Positions 1-8,859 of a DNA stretch of 64,000 bases are shown in pieces. The DNA is taken from contig CAWCBC010000016.1 in assembly GCA_963793705.1 (NCBI GenBank), positions 3,908 through 67,907 of the forward strand. Direction: 5' to 3'. The translations under genes and the position numbers were made by a program. The stretch comes from an uncultured Acidobacteriota bacterium. Lineage in GTDB: Bacteria; Acidobacteriota; Vicinamibacteria; Vicinamibacterales; UBA2999. The notes under the pieces were generated by a model that worked only from the letters and a program-made list of their open reading frames with translations, ran no database searches and was not told where the DNA came from. Positions within the stretch are counted from its first letter, which is position 1; each line of letters starts with the position of its first letter.

Positions 1-375
1 CGGGAGCGCTGGACCGAGCTGCTCGTGGGTGGCACCAACCGTGACCTCGCCCACCACACGGCCGCGGACCTGCGGCCCGTGCTGCCCGACTACGACCTCG
101 TGACCGACATCGACCGCATACCGGTCGAGCTGCGCGGCCTGCATCCCGCCAACCCGGTGAACCTCCCGCCGGCCGGTGGGGTCCAGCTGGAGCTTCCGCC
201 CCGAGTGCGGGGCGCTCTCCGCTGTCCCCTCCTGCCGGCAACGACGGGCTCTCCGCGCCGACCCGTGCGCTCATCGACGGTCTTGCCGCCGCCGCCCGAA
301 CCTGGAAAGGCGTCGGGCCCTCGGCGCCGGGTGGTCATAAACACCGCTGGCGATCAGATGCCTGAATGCCACTAG
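1..375 (+). CDS. poly-gamma-glutamate hydrolase family protein (5' end outside window; C-terminal part may need a frame correction)
   Basis: The frame of ORF 25..375 is open from the window edge. '...HPANPVNLPPAGGVQLELPPRVRG' resembles the conserved N..N/GGVQLE core of the UPF0714/PF05908 family (from memory). Confidence 0.4.
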   Translation, partial: RERWTELLVGGTNRDLAHHTAADLRPVLPDYDLVTDIDRIPVELRGLHPANPVNLPPAGGVQLELPPRVRGALRCPLLPATTGSPRRPVRSSTVLPPPPEPGKASGPRRRVVINTAGDQMPECH

Positions 376-415
376 GATGATCGCCATATTCCGGGGGGAA
401 TAGGGGAGGGAACCG

Positions 416-1342
416 ATGCGAAAGTTCGTGCTGATCTGTTGCGCGCTCGCGGTACTGCTGACGGCGTGCAGCCGGGGAAATCGAACCGGTCGGACGACGA
501 CCACGACCCGCCCGACCGGGCCGGCGGCCACGCTGCCGCCGGGCACGGGCGACTGTGACCGGGCCTGCCTGACGGGCATGGTCGACCAGTACCTCGACGC
601 CCTGGTGGCGCGGGACTCGTCGAGCCTGCCGCTGGCCGCCACGGCGCGCTTCACCGAGGACACCGTTACCCGTCAGATCGGCAGCGAGGGCCTGTGGCGC
701 ACGGCCAGCCGGTTGCGCCCGTTCCGCCAGGACGTCATCGACGTGTTCGCCGGCGTGGCCGGCACCCACGCCATCGTCGAGGAGGGCAGCAACCCGGTCC
801 TGCTCGTGCTGCGCCTGCGGGTGGTGAGCCGCGAGATCACCGAGATCGAGACGATGGTCGTGCGCAGCGCCGCCGAGGGCTCGATCTTCAGCCCGAACAA
901 CCTGCGGGAAGCCAGCCCGGCCATGAACGTCGTGCCGCCGGCCAGCCAGCGCAACACCCGCGCCGAGCTGATCCGGGTCGCCGAGGGCTACCCGGCCGGC
1001 CTCAAGGCGGGCAGCTTCGTGACCGTGAACGCCCAGTTCTCGACGGACGCCTACCGCCTGGAGAACGGGACGAAGATGGCCGGACCGGGCTGCGTGTTCG
1101 GGGCGTCGTGCTCGAACATCCGCACGCAGGGCATCCCCCGCCTCGCCAATCTGACCTACCGCCTCGCCGCCGTCGACGAGGAGCAGGGCATCGTGTGGCT
1201 GCGCCTCGACTTCGGCGCCGGGTCCATCGGCGCCGGCCGCGCCCTCATCGTGTGGGAGATGTTCAAGGTCTACGGCGGCCAGATGACCGCCGTGGAGGCG
1301 TTCATGGAGTCGATGCCGGCGAACTCGCCCTCGGGCTGGTAG
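416..1342 (+). CDS. hypothetical lipoprotein; paralog (by eye ~50% identity) of the 60600..61484 product
   Basis: 308-aa ORF with RBS GGGAGGG 6 nt upstream of the ATG and a lipobox-like 'LLTAC' signal. It aligns end to end with the other copy (CDRACL...TEIETMVV...MAGPGC...FKVYGG). Confidence 0.75.
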   Translation: MRKFVLICCALAVLLTACSRGNRTGRTTTTTRPTGPAATLPPGTGDCDRACLTGMVDQYLDALVARDSSSLPLAATARFTEDTVTRQIGSEGLWRTASRLRPFRQDVIDVFAGVAGTHAIVEEGSNPVLLVLRLRVVSREITEIETMVVRSAAEGSIFSPNNLREASPAMNVVPPASQRNTRAELIRVAEGYPAGLKAGSFVTVNAQFSTDAYRLENGTKMAGPGCVFGASCSNIRTQGIPRLANLTYRLAAVDEEQGIVWLRLDFGAGSIGAGRALIVWEMFKVYGGQMTAVEAFMESMPANSPSGW

Positions 1343-1379
1343 TCGGCCCGCCTGTCGCCCGTCGCTACCGTGACGGGCG

Positions 1380-1900
1380 ATGGGCGCACCGCACTGGCGT
1401 GACGCCGCCGATCTCCGGATGGACCAGGAGGTCGTCGGCCGCGCCGCGCCCGACCTGTGGCGGCCACCCCCGCCGCCGGCGCTCGTCGCCGCCGGCTGCT
1501 TCGTGGCCTTCCGTCGCGGCGAGCAGGGACCGGGCCGCGCCGGCGACCGGGCCTGGGTCGGCGTGGCGGTGTGGTCCGAGCGGGCCGGCGCGCTCGACGC
1601 CGTGGCCGTGCCCGGCGTGGCCGGCGCCGGCTACGAGCCGGGCCTGCTCGCCCTGCGTGAGGGGCCGATGATCGTCGCCGCCGCCGGTCCGGTGCTCACC
1701 GGGCTGCCCGCCGGCACCGTGCTGCTGGTGGACGCCACCGGCCGGGAGCACCGCGGCGCGCCGGCCTGGCCCGCCATCTCGGCCTGCTGCTCGGCGCGCC
1801 CACCGTCGGGGTGACGCATCGCCCCCTGCTCGCCGGCCGCGACCCGCCGCCGGCGTTGACCCGCCGCGGGGACACCGAGCCCGTGCTCCTCGGCGGTGAT
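1380..1900 (+). pseudogene. nfi: endonuclease V, frameshifted near 1745-1810 and 3'-truncated near 1900
   Basis: 'YEPGLLALREGP...VLLVDATGREH' in ORF 1380..1814 continues in another frame as 'GAPTVGVTHRPL...RGDTEPVLLGGD' (ORF 1811..). The homology then stops where the antisense SPFH reading begins. Confidence 0.6.
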
Positions 1901-3451
1901 GTACAGCTCGGACTCGGTGAGGGTCTGCTGCTGGCGCGCGACTCGGCCTCGCGGAGCTCGCGCTCCTTGACGCCGCCTTCTGCTGGCGCGCATACGTCTC
2001 GACCTGCTCCTCCGCGATCTGGCGCGAGCGAAGCTGGTCGAGGATCGCGTCGATCCGCTCCCGGGCGCGCCGACGTCGGCGTGCCGATCAGCACCTCCTC
2101 GAGCTCGAGGTTGTAGTGCGCGAACTTCGCCTTCATCTCCTCGCTCGCGATCTTCTGGATCTCGCTGCGGTCCTGGAGGAGCTGGATCAGCGTCCGAGTC
2201 TGGCCGATGTTCTTGAAGTACGCGGCGACCATCGGGTCGAGCGTCTGCTCGACGAGCCGCTTGATGTCGCCGAACCGCTGGATGACGAGCGGCGCCTTCC
2301 GGTAGTCGATGTGGACCACGACCGAGAGCGGGAGCGACGGCTCGAACGCGTCCTTGGTGATGAGCGACACCTCCGCGAGGTTCTCGTCGTACCGTGCGCG
2401 CCCGTCTCGCTGGTTCCACTTCAGGATGAAGTTCGTGGTCGGGACCATGATCACCTTTCCCGCGTACGTGTTGAACGCGTACTTGCCGGGCAGGAGCGGC
2501 TCGTTCCACACGCCGCGCTGCCGCGTCGACGAGCTCGCCGTGCTTGTAGTCCTCGCCCGACAGGTCGGCGCCGGTCTCGCCCGTGTACGACACGACGACG
2601 CCGACCTTGCCCACCTCGATCACCGTCTTCGGAATCAGCTCGACCGTCGCGAACAGCCGGTTGACGTAATACGTGCCCTCGACGAGCACCTGCAGCTGGC
2701 GGCCGCGCAGGCCGCCCGCCGGCGAGGAACCGCTCCGGGTCCTGGAAGTTGTTGTGGTACAGTCGCCGGCTCCGCGGCATCGTTGCCGACGGTCGGCGCG
2801 ATGATCTGCCCGTCCGGGAGCGAGGGGCCGTCATGGACGGTCACGATGCCGATGGCGTCGTCGGCGCCCTTGATCACGACCGGCTTGAAGCCGTCTCGCT
2901 CGGCGATGACCGTCGCCATCCTCTTGAAGGTCCTCGTCCGTGCCATCGAGCGGCAGGAAGTGGACGCTGCTCGCTCGGTGACGACGACGAACTGCGCGAG
3001 GTTGATCGCGTAGGTGCCCTCGCGCAGGATCTTGCGCTGCGGTCCGCGCTGGCCGCCGGCTGCGAGGAACGCGGCCGCGTCCTGGAAGTCGTCGGCCGTG
3101 ACGTTGGACGCGAGCGTCTGCGTCGGCGGGAGCGGCTGCCCGTCGCGCGCGAAGACGTAGCCGATCTTCCCCTGCGGGATGGTGACCAGCGGCATCTTGT
3201 GGAGGCGGTACTGGAACGGCATCAGCACGTGCCAGCCACCCCGCAGCACGTCGGGCTGAAAGCCGGCCTCGCCGTTCAGCGCGATGAGCCCGCTCGTCAC
3301 CGAGCCGGACGGGCTCCAGAGCTTCTCGACGATGCCGACGCGGTTGTTCGGGAATGTACCGAAACGTGAGCAGCAGTACCGCTGCAGCGAACAGCGCGAA
3401 TGCGATCCAGAGGACGAGTGACAGGGACACTGCGGCAGGAAATGCCGACAT
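1890..3451 (-). CDS. SPFH/band-7 (flotillin-like) membrane protein, multiple frameshifts, 3' end apparently truncated near 1900
   Basis: Start ATG at 3451 with GGAGG RBS and an N-terminal TM segment (MSAFPAAVSLSLVLWIAFALFAAAVLLL). The SPFH-like body is spread over ORFs 2635..3561, 1696..2511 and 1631..2689 (NRVGIVEKLW..., PLSVVVHIDYRKAPLVIQRFGD..., coiled-coil tail ...QQQTLTESEL). Confidence 0.7.
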
Positions 3452-3542
3452 GACTGGCCTCCAATCACGCCGACGGGGTTAGCTGACGGGCTCGAGGTTG
3501 GAAGTCCTCTACGATCCTTGTGACCGATTCGCCCCAGGCAGC

Positions 3543-3638
3543 GTCTGCCGGAACGCCTCAACGGCGTTCCTTGTGTCTGCCGGAACGCCTTAACGGCGTT
3601 CCTTGTGTCTGCCGGAACGCCTTAACAGCGTTCCTTCG
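3543..3638. repeat. 3 x 32-bp direct tandem repeat, each unit carrying the palindrome GGAACGCC-N5-GGCGTTCC
   Basis: Units at 3543-3574, 3575-3606 and 3607-3638 (gtctgccggaacgccttaacggcgttccttgt). The third unit is slightly degenerate. The array is intergenic, between the stop of 3755..4216(-) and the start of the SPFH gene. Confidence 0.9.
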
Positions 3639-3754
3639 TGGGTCCCCCGCGATGCCGTCGTGCGGCGTCTTAGGCGTAAGTTCACCCTACTCCTACGCCA
3701 GGTCGAGGTCAAATGTTCGTGCGTTCGCGGCTTGGTAAAGCCTTCGGTGGGTCT

Positions 3755-4216
3755 CTATTTCGGCGGGAGCGCGCCGGGCAACGGCACCTCGAGCTCGACG
3801 GCGATTCGGCCTCGCGGGTCAGCCACGACGGATGCGACCTGGCGGCCGTCCACGACCAGCCGATATGTCACGCCGGCGGTCAGCTCGCGGGCGGCGAACT
3901 CCACCTCCTGATCGGTCGGCATCTCGGTGGCGAATTCCACCTCCGCTTCGCCGACGACCTGACCCCCGGCCGGAGGAGCCAACGCGGCCTTGCGCTCGAT
4001 GTCGTCGTCCTCTTCCTCCACGAGGATGAACGTGCCGCGCAGCACGACGTCACCTCCGGAGTCGCGGATTTCTGCCGTCGCCGCGTTCCTGAAGTCGGCG
4101 CTCAGAATCGCCTCCTGTGGGTTGAAGCGAGCCACCGCGTAACCGCCGCCGGCAATCAGAGCGACGCCGACGACCGCGGCCAGGATGGTTTTCGGCGTGC
4201 TCAACATTCTGCTCAT
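3755..4216 (-). CDS. hypothetical membrane-anchored/secreted protein
   Basis: 153-aa ORF with an N-terminal hydrophobic segment (TILAAVVGVALIAGGGYAV). It is co-oriented with, and immediately downstream of, the histidine kinase. Confidence 0.55.
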   Translation of the reverse strand: MSRMLSTPKTILAAVVGVALIAGGGYAVARFNPQEAILSADFRNAATAEIRDSGGDVVLRGTFILVEEEDDDIERKAALAPPAGGQVVGEAEVEFATEMPTDQEVEFAARELTAGVTYRLVVDGRQVASVVADPRGRIAVELEVPLPGALPPK

Positions 4217-4265
4217 CGTCTCGCATCACCGTACGACAACGAACCTGAACACATGATAAACACCC

Positions 4266-5684
4266 CTACGGCTCCGCATCCCAAGGCAGGGCAATGACGA
4301 AGGTGGAGCCCGATTCCGACGAACGGACGAGGTCCACGTCGCCGTCATGGCTGCGCGCGATCCACCGCGCCAGCGCCAGCCCGAGGCCTGCTCCGCCGTG
4401 AGCGATGGGTCCACGCTGACGCGACGCGTCGCCGCGGTAAAAGCGCTCGAAGATATACGGCCGGATGTCATCAGGCACGCCGGGACCCTGATCGCGGACC
4501 GCGATGACATAGCCGCTCGCTGAGCGATCCAGGTCGACGCGCACGGAGCTCCGTGGCGGGGCGTGGCGAATGGCATTGGCGATCAGGTTGCCAATCATCC
4601 GGTGAATCAGTTCTTCGTCCCCGTCGAAGGATGCCGAACGGATCGTCAACGCATCATCGACCGTGACATCTTTGGTCGAGGCGACCACTCGTGCCGCCCG
4701 CACGATGTCCTCGATCACTTCGTCGAGGTACATCGGCATCTTCCGGATCGGATAGTTACCCGCATCGGCGCGCGCGAGGGTGAACATGTCATCGACCACT
4801 CGCGAGAGCCGCGCCGTCTGCTGCTCGATGATCTCGAGCGTCTGGCGATAGTCCTGCTCGTCGCGATGCGGCTGCTGGAGCGCCACGCTGGCCGCGGTGC
4901 GCGCCGTGGCCACCGGAGTCCGCAACTCGTGAGACGCGTCGGCCATGAACTGCCGTTGCTGGCCGAGCGATTTCTCGAGCCGTCCGAGCAGCTCGTTGAA
5001 CGTAGCCGCGAGGCGTCCAAGCTCGTCGCGCGGGTTGGCCACCGGAAGGCGCTCGCTCAGATTCTCGCCGCCAATCTGGCGGGCGCGATCCGCCATCGAC
5101 ACGACCGGCGAGAGACTCCGGCGTGCCAGGAACCAGCCGCCAAACCCGGCACTGATCAGCGCCAGGGGCACGATGTACGCGAGGATCCGTCGCAACGACG
5201 ACAGCTCCGCGTCCAGCGATTCCATCGGACTGCCGAGCACGACCACGTAATCGGCACCGCGTTCCAGTGACACGCGTCGCATGCCGACCCGATGACGGTC
5301 ATCGTCATCGTGTTCGTACACGCTGCGGAACAGCACGTCCTTCTGCGGAATCGACGAGACCGGGGGCAGCGTGAGCTCGAGGTCACCATCACGGCCCCCC
5401 TCGGCAAGCAACCGCCCGCCACCGTCGTAGATCGCCACCATCTGCCGCGTGGAAGACAGCTCTCCGACCGTACTGCGCGCCGCACGTGCCTGATCCTCGC
5501 CCTCGTCGAGATCGTTGGCGAGTGAAGTGATCGCGATTTGCACGCCGGCGACGACGGCCTCGTCCACGCGCGCATACATTGCCCTGGCGAGCAGGACGTA
5601 AATGAGGGCCGCCACGATAATGAGCGCTGCCGCGAGGATGCTGACGTACCAGAGCGTAAGGCGGGCCCGGACCGTGTCAATCAT
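4266..5684 (-). CDS. sensor histidine kinase (HAMP-HisKA-HATPase)
   Basis: H-box 'ASHELRTPVA', two N-terminal TM segments, and N/G boxes (IANAIRHAPP, DQGPGV, GGAGLGLAL). The ATG at 5684 overlaps the response-regulator stop (TGATG). An alternative start lies at 5705. Confidence 0.9.
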   Translation of the reverse strand: MIDTVRARLTLWYVSILAAALIIVAALIYVLLARAMYARVDEAVVAGVQIAITSLANDLDEGEDQARAARSTVGELSSTRQMVAIYDGGGRLLAEGGRDGDLELTLPPVSSIPQKDVLFRSVYEHDDDDRHRVGMRRVSLERGADYVVVLGSPMESLDAELSSLRRILAYIVPLALISAGFGGWFLARRSLSPVVSMADRARQIGGENLSERLPVANPRDELGRLAATFNELLGRLEKSLGQQRQFMADASHELRTPVATARTAASVALQQPHRDEQDYRQTLEIIEQQTARLSRVVDDMFTLARADAGNYPIRKMPMYLDEVIEDIVRAARVVASTKDVTVDDALTIRSASFDGDEELIHRMIGNLIANAIRHAPPRSSVRVDLDRSASGYVIAVRDQGPGVPDDIRPYIFERFYRGDASRQRGPIAHGGAGLGLALARWIARSHDGDVDLVRSSESGSTFVIALPWDAEP

Positions 5685-6367
5685 CAGCGGCGTTCGGCAC
5701 GGCATCCGAGGGTGTAACCGGCGCCCCGCCGCGTGTGTATCAACTTCACGTCGTGACCGTCGTCAAGCTTCCGGCGGAGCCGTTGGATGTACACCTCAAT
5801 GAGATTGGACATCGGATCAAAGCTGTCGTCCCACACGTGCTCCGCGATGTCGGCACGGCCCACGACCTCGCCCTGACGTCTCGCCAGGTACTCGAGTAGG
5901 GTGTACTCCTTCGTCGTGAGCTGGAGGGGTCGTCCGGCGCGCTCAACGCGCCTCGCCCGCGTATCAATCGAGAGGTCTCGTACCGAGAGCACCGCAGAGG
6001 CCAGGGCGGGGCCGCGGCGCAACAGCGCGCGGACGCGCGCGAGCAGTTCCTTGAAGTGATAGGGCTTGAGCAGGTAGTCGTCTGCGCCTGCGTCCAGGCC
6101 CGCGACGCGGTCATCCAGCCGCCCCAGTGCGGTCAACATGAGGACCGGCACGGACGCGCCTTCCGCACGCAGCCGGCGACACACCTCGAACCCATCGATG
6201 CCCGGCAGCAGTACGTCGACGATGAGCAGGTCGTACGGATTGATCGCCGCCTGCTCCAGCGCAGCGGCGCCATCGTTGGCGATATCAACGGTGTACGCGT
6301 GCTCCCGCAGGCCCTTCGCGAGCACGCCGGCGGCGGCCGCCTCGTCTTCGACGACGAGAATACGCAT
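5684..6367 (-). CDS. OmpR-family response regulator
   Basis: 'MRILVVEDE...DLLIVDVLLPGIDG' receiver domain plus a winged-helix C-terminus (LTTKEYTLLEYL...IHTRRGAGYTL). The internal ATG at 6367 is chosen over the long ORF start at 6601. Confidence 0.9.
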   Translation of the reverse strand: MRILVVEDEAAAAGVLAKGLREHAYTVDIANDGAAALEQAAINPYDLLIVDVLLPGIDGFEVCRRLRAEGASVPVLMLTALGRLDDRVAGLDAGADDYLLKPYHFKELLARVRALLRRGPALASAVLSVRDLSIDTRARRVERAGRPLQLTTKEYTLLEYLARRQGEVVGRADIAEHVWDDSFDPMSNLIEVYIQRLRRKLDDGHDVKLIHTRRGAGYTLGCRAERR

Positions 6368-6390
6368 TCGAGAGGAAGACTGTCTGGTGC

Positions 6391-7419
6391 TTAGTTCGTG
6401 CCTGCTGGCCTGCGTGCCGGCTCGACCGTGTCGGCAACCCGCAGCGGGAGTGGCTCGAACGCCCGAATGACAGCCTCTCCGACCCAGTCGCTTTGTTCGG
6501 TGAGACCCAGCAACCAGAGCACGGTTGCGGCGGTGTCCATGGTGTGAACCGGCTGCTGATCGAGGACGCCCGGTCTGACCCCCTGTCCCCACGTAATCCA
6601 TGGAATCGTGACGTCACGCGGATCCTTGCTGCCGTGATCCTTCCCATGGCCCCCGTGGTCGGCCGTCACAATCAGAGAAAAATTGCCGGCGCCGTAGGTG
6701 CGCTGCGCCAGATCGAGCAGCTGGCTAATCGCCGCATCGGCGGTCAGCACGGCACGGCCATACTCCGGCGTCATCCATCCGGACCGATGGCCAGCCGCAT
6801 CCACGTCTGCGAGATGGACGAAGAGCACGTTCGGCCGAGCGCCTTGGAGGTAGTTCGCCACGTCCGACATCGTGCGAGCGCTCGACCAGCGTCCAAACCA
6901 GCCACCCGGCGCCTGAGAGTAATCGAGCGTGCCGAGCCGCTGCAGCGGCTGGAACTTGGCTTTGCTGAAAAACGCGGCCGTGCTGTAACCGTGAGCGCGC
7001 GCCACGCTGAAGATATTCGGCAACTCAATCGAATCGGCATCGGCTGTTGCGACGTTGTTCCACAAGACGCCGTGCCGTTCGGGCGGCAGACCGGTCAGCA
7101 TCGACGTGTGCGACGGGAGCGTCTTGCTCGGATCAATCGTCAGCGCGGACAACGTGTAGCTACCCTCGCGCATCAGCCGTTCCAGCGTCGGCGCACGGTA
7201 CTTGGCGATCGCGTCCGGCCTGAGCCCGTCCACCGACACCACGAGCACGTTGCGGGTGATGCTTGTGGATGGCAGCGGATCGGACGGTAGAGCCGCGGAT
7301 CGGACGTAGTGGGCACTGCATGCGCTGGTGCCGAGAGCTGCGACGAGCAGGAGCGCGGCCCCACCGATGCGAACGACCTCGCGAGGAGCGCGCGTGTTGT
7401 CGAATTGACCGTGAAACAT
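6391..7419 (-). CDS. nucleotide pyrophosphatase/phosphodiesterase (alkaline-phosphatase superfamily) exported protein
   Basis: Signal peptide, then 'VLVVSVDGLRPD...TLPSHTSMLTG...HLADVDAAGH...ADHGGHG', the typical metal-ligand motifs of the NPP family. Confidence 0.85.
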   Translation of the reverse strand: MFHGQFDNTRAPREVVRIGGAALLLVAALGTSACSAHYVRSAALPSDPLPSTSITRNVLVVSVDGLRPDAIAKYRAPTLERLMREGSYTLSALTIDPSKTLPSHTSMLTGLPPERHGVLWNNVATADADSIELPNIFSVARAHGYSTAAFFSKAKFQPLQRLGTLDYSQAPGGWFGRWSSARTMSDVANYLQGARPNVLFVHLADVDAAGHRSGWMTPEYGRAVLTADAAISQLLDLAQRTYGAGNFSLIVTADHGGHGKDHGSKDPRDVTIPWITWGQGVRPGVLDQQPVHTMDTAATVLWLLGLTEQSDWVGEAVIRAFEPLPLRVADTVEPARRPAGTN

Positions 7420-7475
7420 GAATGAACCCTTGTGAGAACGCCGGAATCAGGCATCCTAAGCGCGCATCGCGCACC

Positions 7476-7604
7476 TCAAACCGCTGCATTAGTGTAGTCG
7501 CCGGTGGGCGCGCTTGCCTGACCGTTGAGCTGCACCACCATGTATCCCGCCAGTGCGACCGTTGAAAGCAAACCGACGACCGGAATGACTTGAACGTTTT
7601 TCAT
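7476..7604 (-). CDS. possible 42-aa small membrane peptide
   Basis: ATG at 7604 preceded by a GGGGGA RBS. It encodes MKNVQVIPVVGLLSTVALAGYMVVQLNGQASAPTGDYTNAAV. It is below the ORF-track cutoff and I recognise no homology. Confidence 0.3.
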   Translation of the reverse strand: MKNVQVIPVVGLLSTVALAGYMVVQLNGQASAPTGDYTNAAV

Positions 7605-7685
7605 ACGGATTCCCCCGTGCTTGGTGTAGACCTGTCACAAATACGGGCAGCGCGCACAGGACAAGAACGACGCGACGCATACGCA

Positions 7686-8567
7686 CTACGCCTTCGGCGC
7701 GCAGGCGAAACGAACGAACGAGCCGGGTTGGCCTTTCCCGCCGCCTTCGCCAGCCAGGAAGACCGTGTTGTCCGCTCCGAGCGCGACGCCTTCGCCTTGC
7801 GCCTCCTTCAGAGAGGTGAGATCGACTCGATTCGCGGCGCGCCACTGGCCTGCCAGCAGGTCGGAGGCTCGATAGAACGTCAAGGCGGTCTTGGTGCGAA
7901 GAACCGCCCACTGCCCGTCGTGAGAGACGGCTCCATCTGTGATGCGCGATTCCGCGTCGGTCTTTCCACCGCCGGAGCCGATCCGTTCCAGCATGACGGT
8001 AGCGCCAGACTTCAATTGGGCTGGGAACCGGTAGATCGCAACCCGTCCGGTTTCTCCTTTGGTGACGATATGGATCCGGCCGTCGCCGCCGATCAGCAGG
8101 GCCTCGGCGTCGTGACGACCATCCGGATAGGTGGCGTGAAAGACATCCGCGACCGAGGCCGATCCGCTGGCGCCGTCAGGTTCCGGGAGCCGATAGATCG
8201 TGATCCGCTTCCGGCGGGCATCGTTGTCGCCGATGTCCCCGACATGAAGACATGAAGCGGTTCCGCACGGCCCGACGGCGATGGCCTCCCAATCCTCGAC
8301 CGCCGCGCCCATCAGCCGAACGCGACCGGTCACCGTTCCGCGGGCATCAAGGGCGACGACGAGGGGCTCGCCTGAATCGTTATGGGTCCACAGCCGACCT
8401 GGGACTCGCCGGCTCAGCGCCAGCCCGCTGGCTTCTGAGAGACCAGGCACCTGCACGAGCGGGCCGGTTGGTCGACACTGCGCAGCGTCGTGCTGGGCGG
8501 CGATCGCTGAAGCTGACGACGAAAGAACAAACGCTATAAGAGCAAGAAGAGTTCTCGACCTGAGCAT
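7686..8567 (-). CDS. secreted hypothetical protein, beta-propeller-like
   Basis: Signal peptide from the internal ATG at 8567 (MLRSRTLLALIAFVLSSSASAIA). Contains 'EASGLA...LWTHNDSGE...EDWEAIA...GDIGDN...EGV' motifs. Confidence 0.6.
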   Translation of the reverse strand: MLRSRTLLALIAFVLSSSASAIAAQHDAAQCRPTGPLVQVPGLSEASGLALSRRVPGRLWTHNDSGEPLVVALDARGTVTGRVRLMGAAVEDWEAIAVGPCGTASCLHVGDIGDNDARRKRITIYRLPEPDGASGSASVADVFHATYPDGRHDAEALLIGGDGRIHIVTKGETGRVAIYRFPAQLKSGATVMLERIGSGGGKTDAESRITDGAVSHDGQWAVLRTKTALTFYRASDLLAGQWRAANRVDLTSLKEAQGEGVALGADNTVFLAGEGGGKGQPGSFVRFACAPKA

Positions 8568-8859
8568 CGTGCCGTGGAGTGTCATGTGTACCGACCATAC
8601 CGGTACGTTCATGAATCTCGGATAAACACAGAAGGTCATCGGTAATGTCAGCTGGTGGCAGAGGTGATCCAGCGGCGGCGCTGCTTGACTGCGCCGCTAC
8701 CAGACCTGTAATCCGGCATGCGGAACTGACGCGCCTTCCCCAGGACCCGCAGACGTCGGAGTGCGGACCGCCGCAATCCACCTGAACATCACCAATGGCG
8801 ACGTCCGCGACGTGTGGAGGTACAGGACTTGCGGAGCCCGAGTATGTCCGGATGCCGCG

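Noticed and set aside
3543-3638. Possible mini-CRISPR array (three 32-bp repeats)
   Set aside because: The units are directly adjacent with no spacers. There are only three copies and no cas genes in the window.
4266-8567. Phosphate-scavenging regulon (two-component system plus NPP-type phosphodiesterase plus propeller protein)
   Set aside because: This is plausible, but it rests only on adjacency. The propeller protein has no assignable function and I saw no Pho-box-like repeats.
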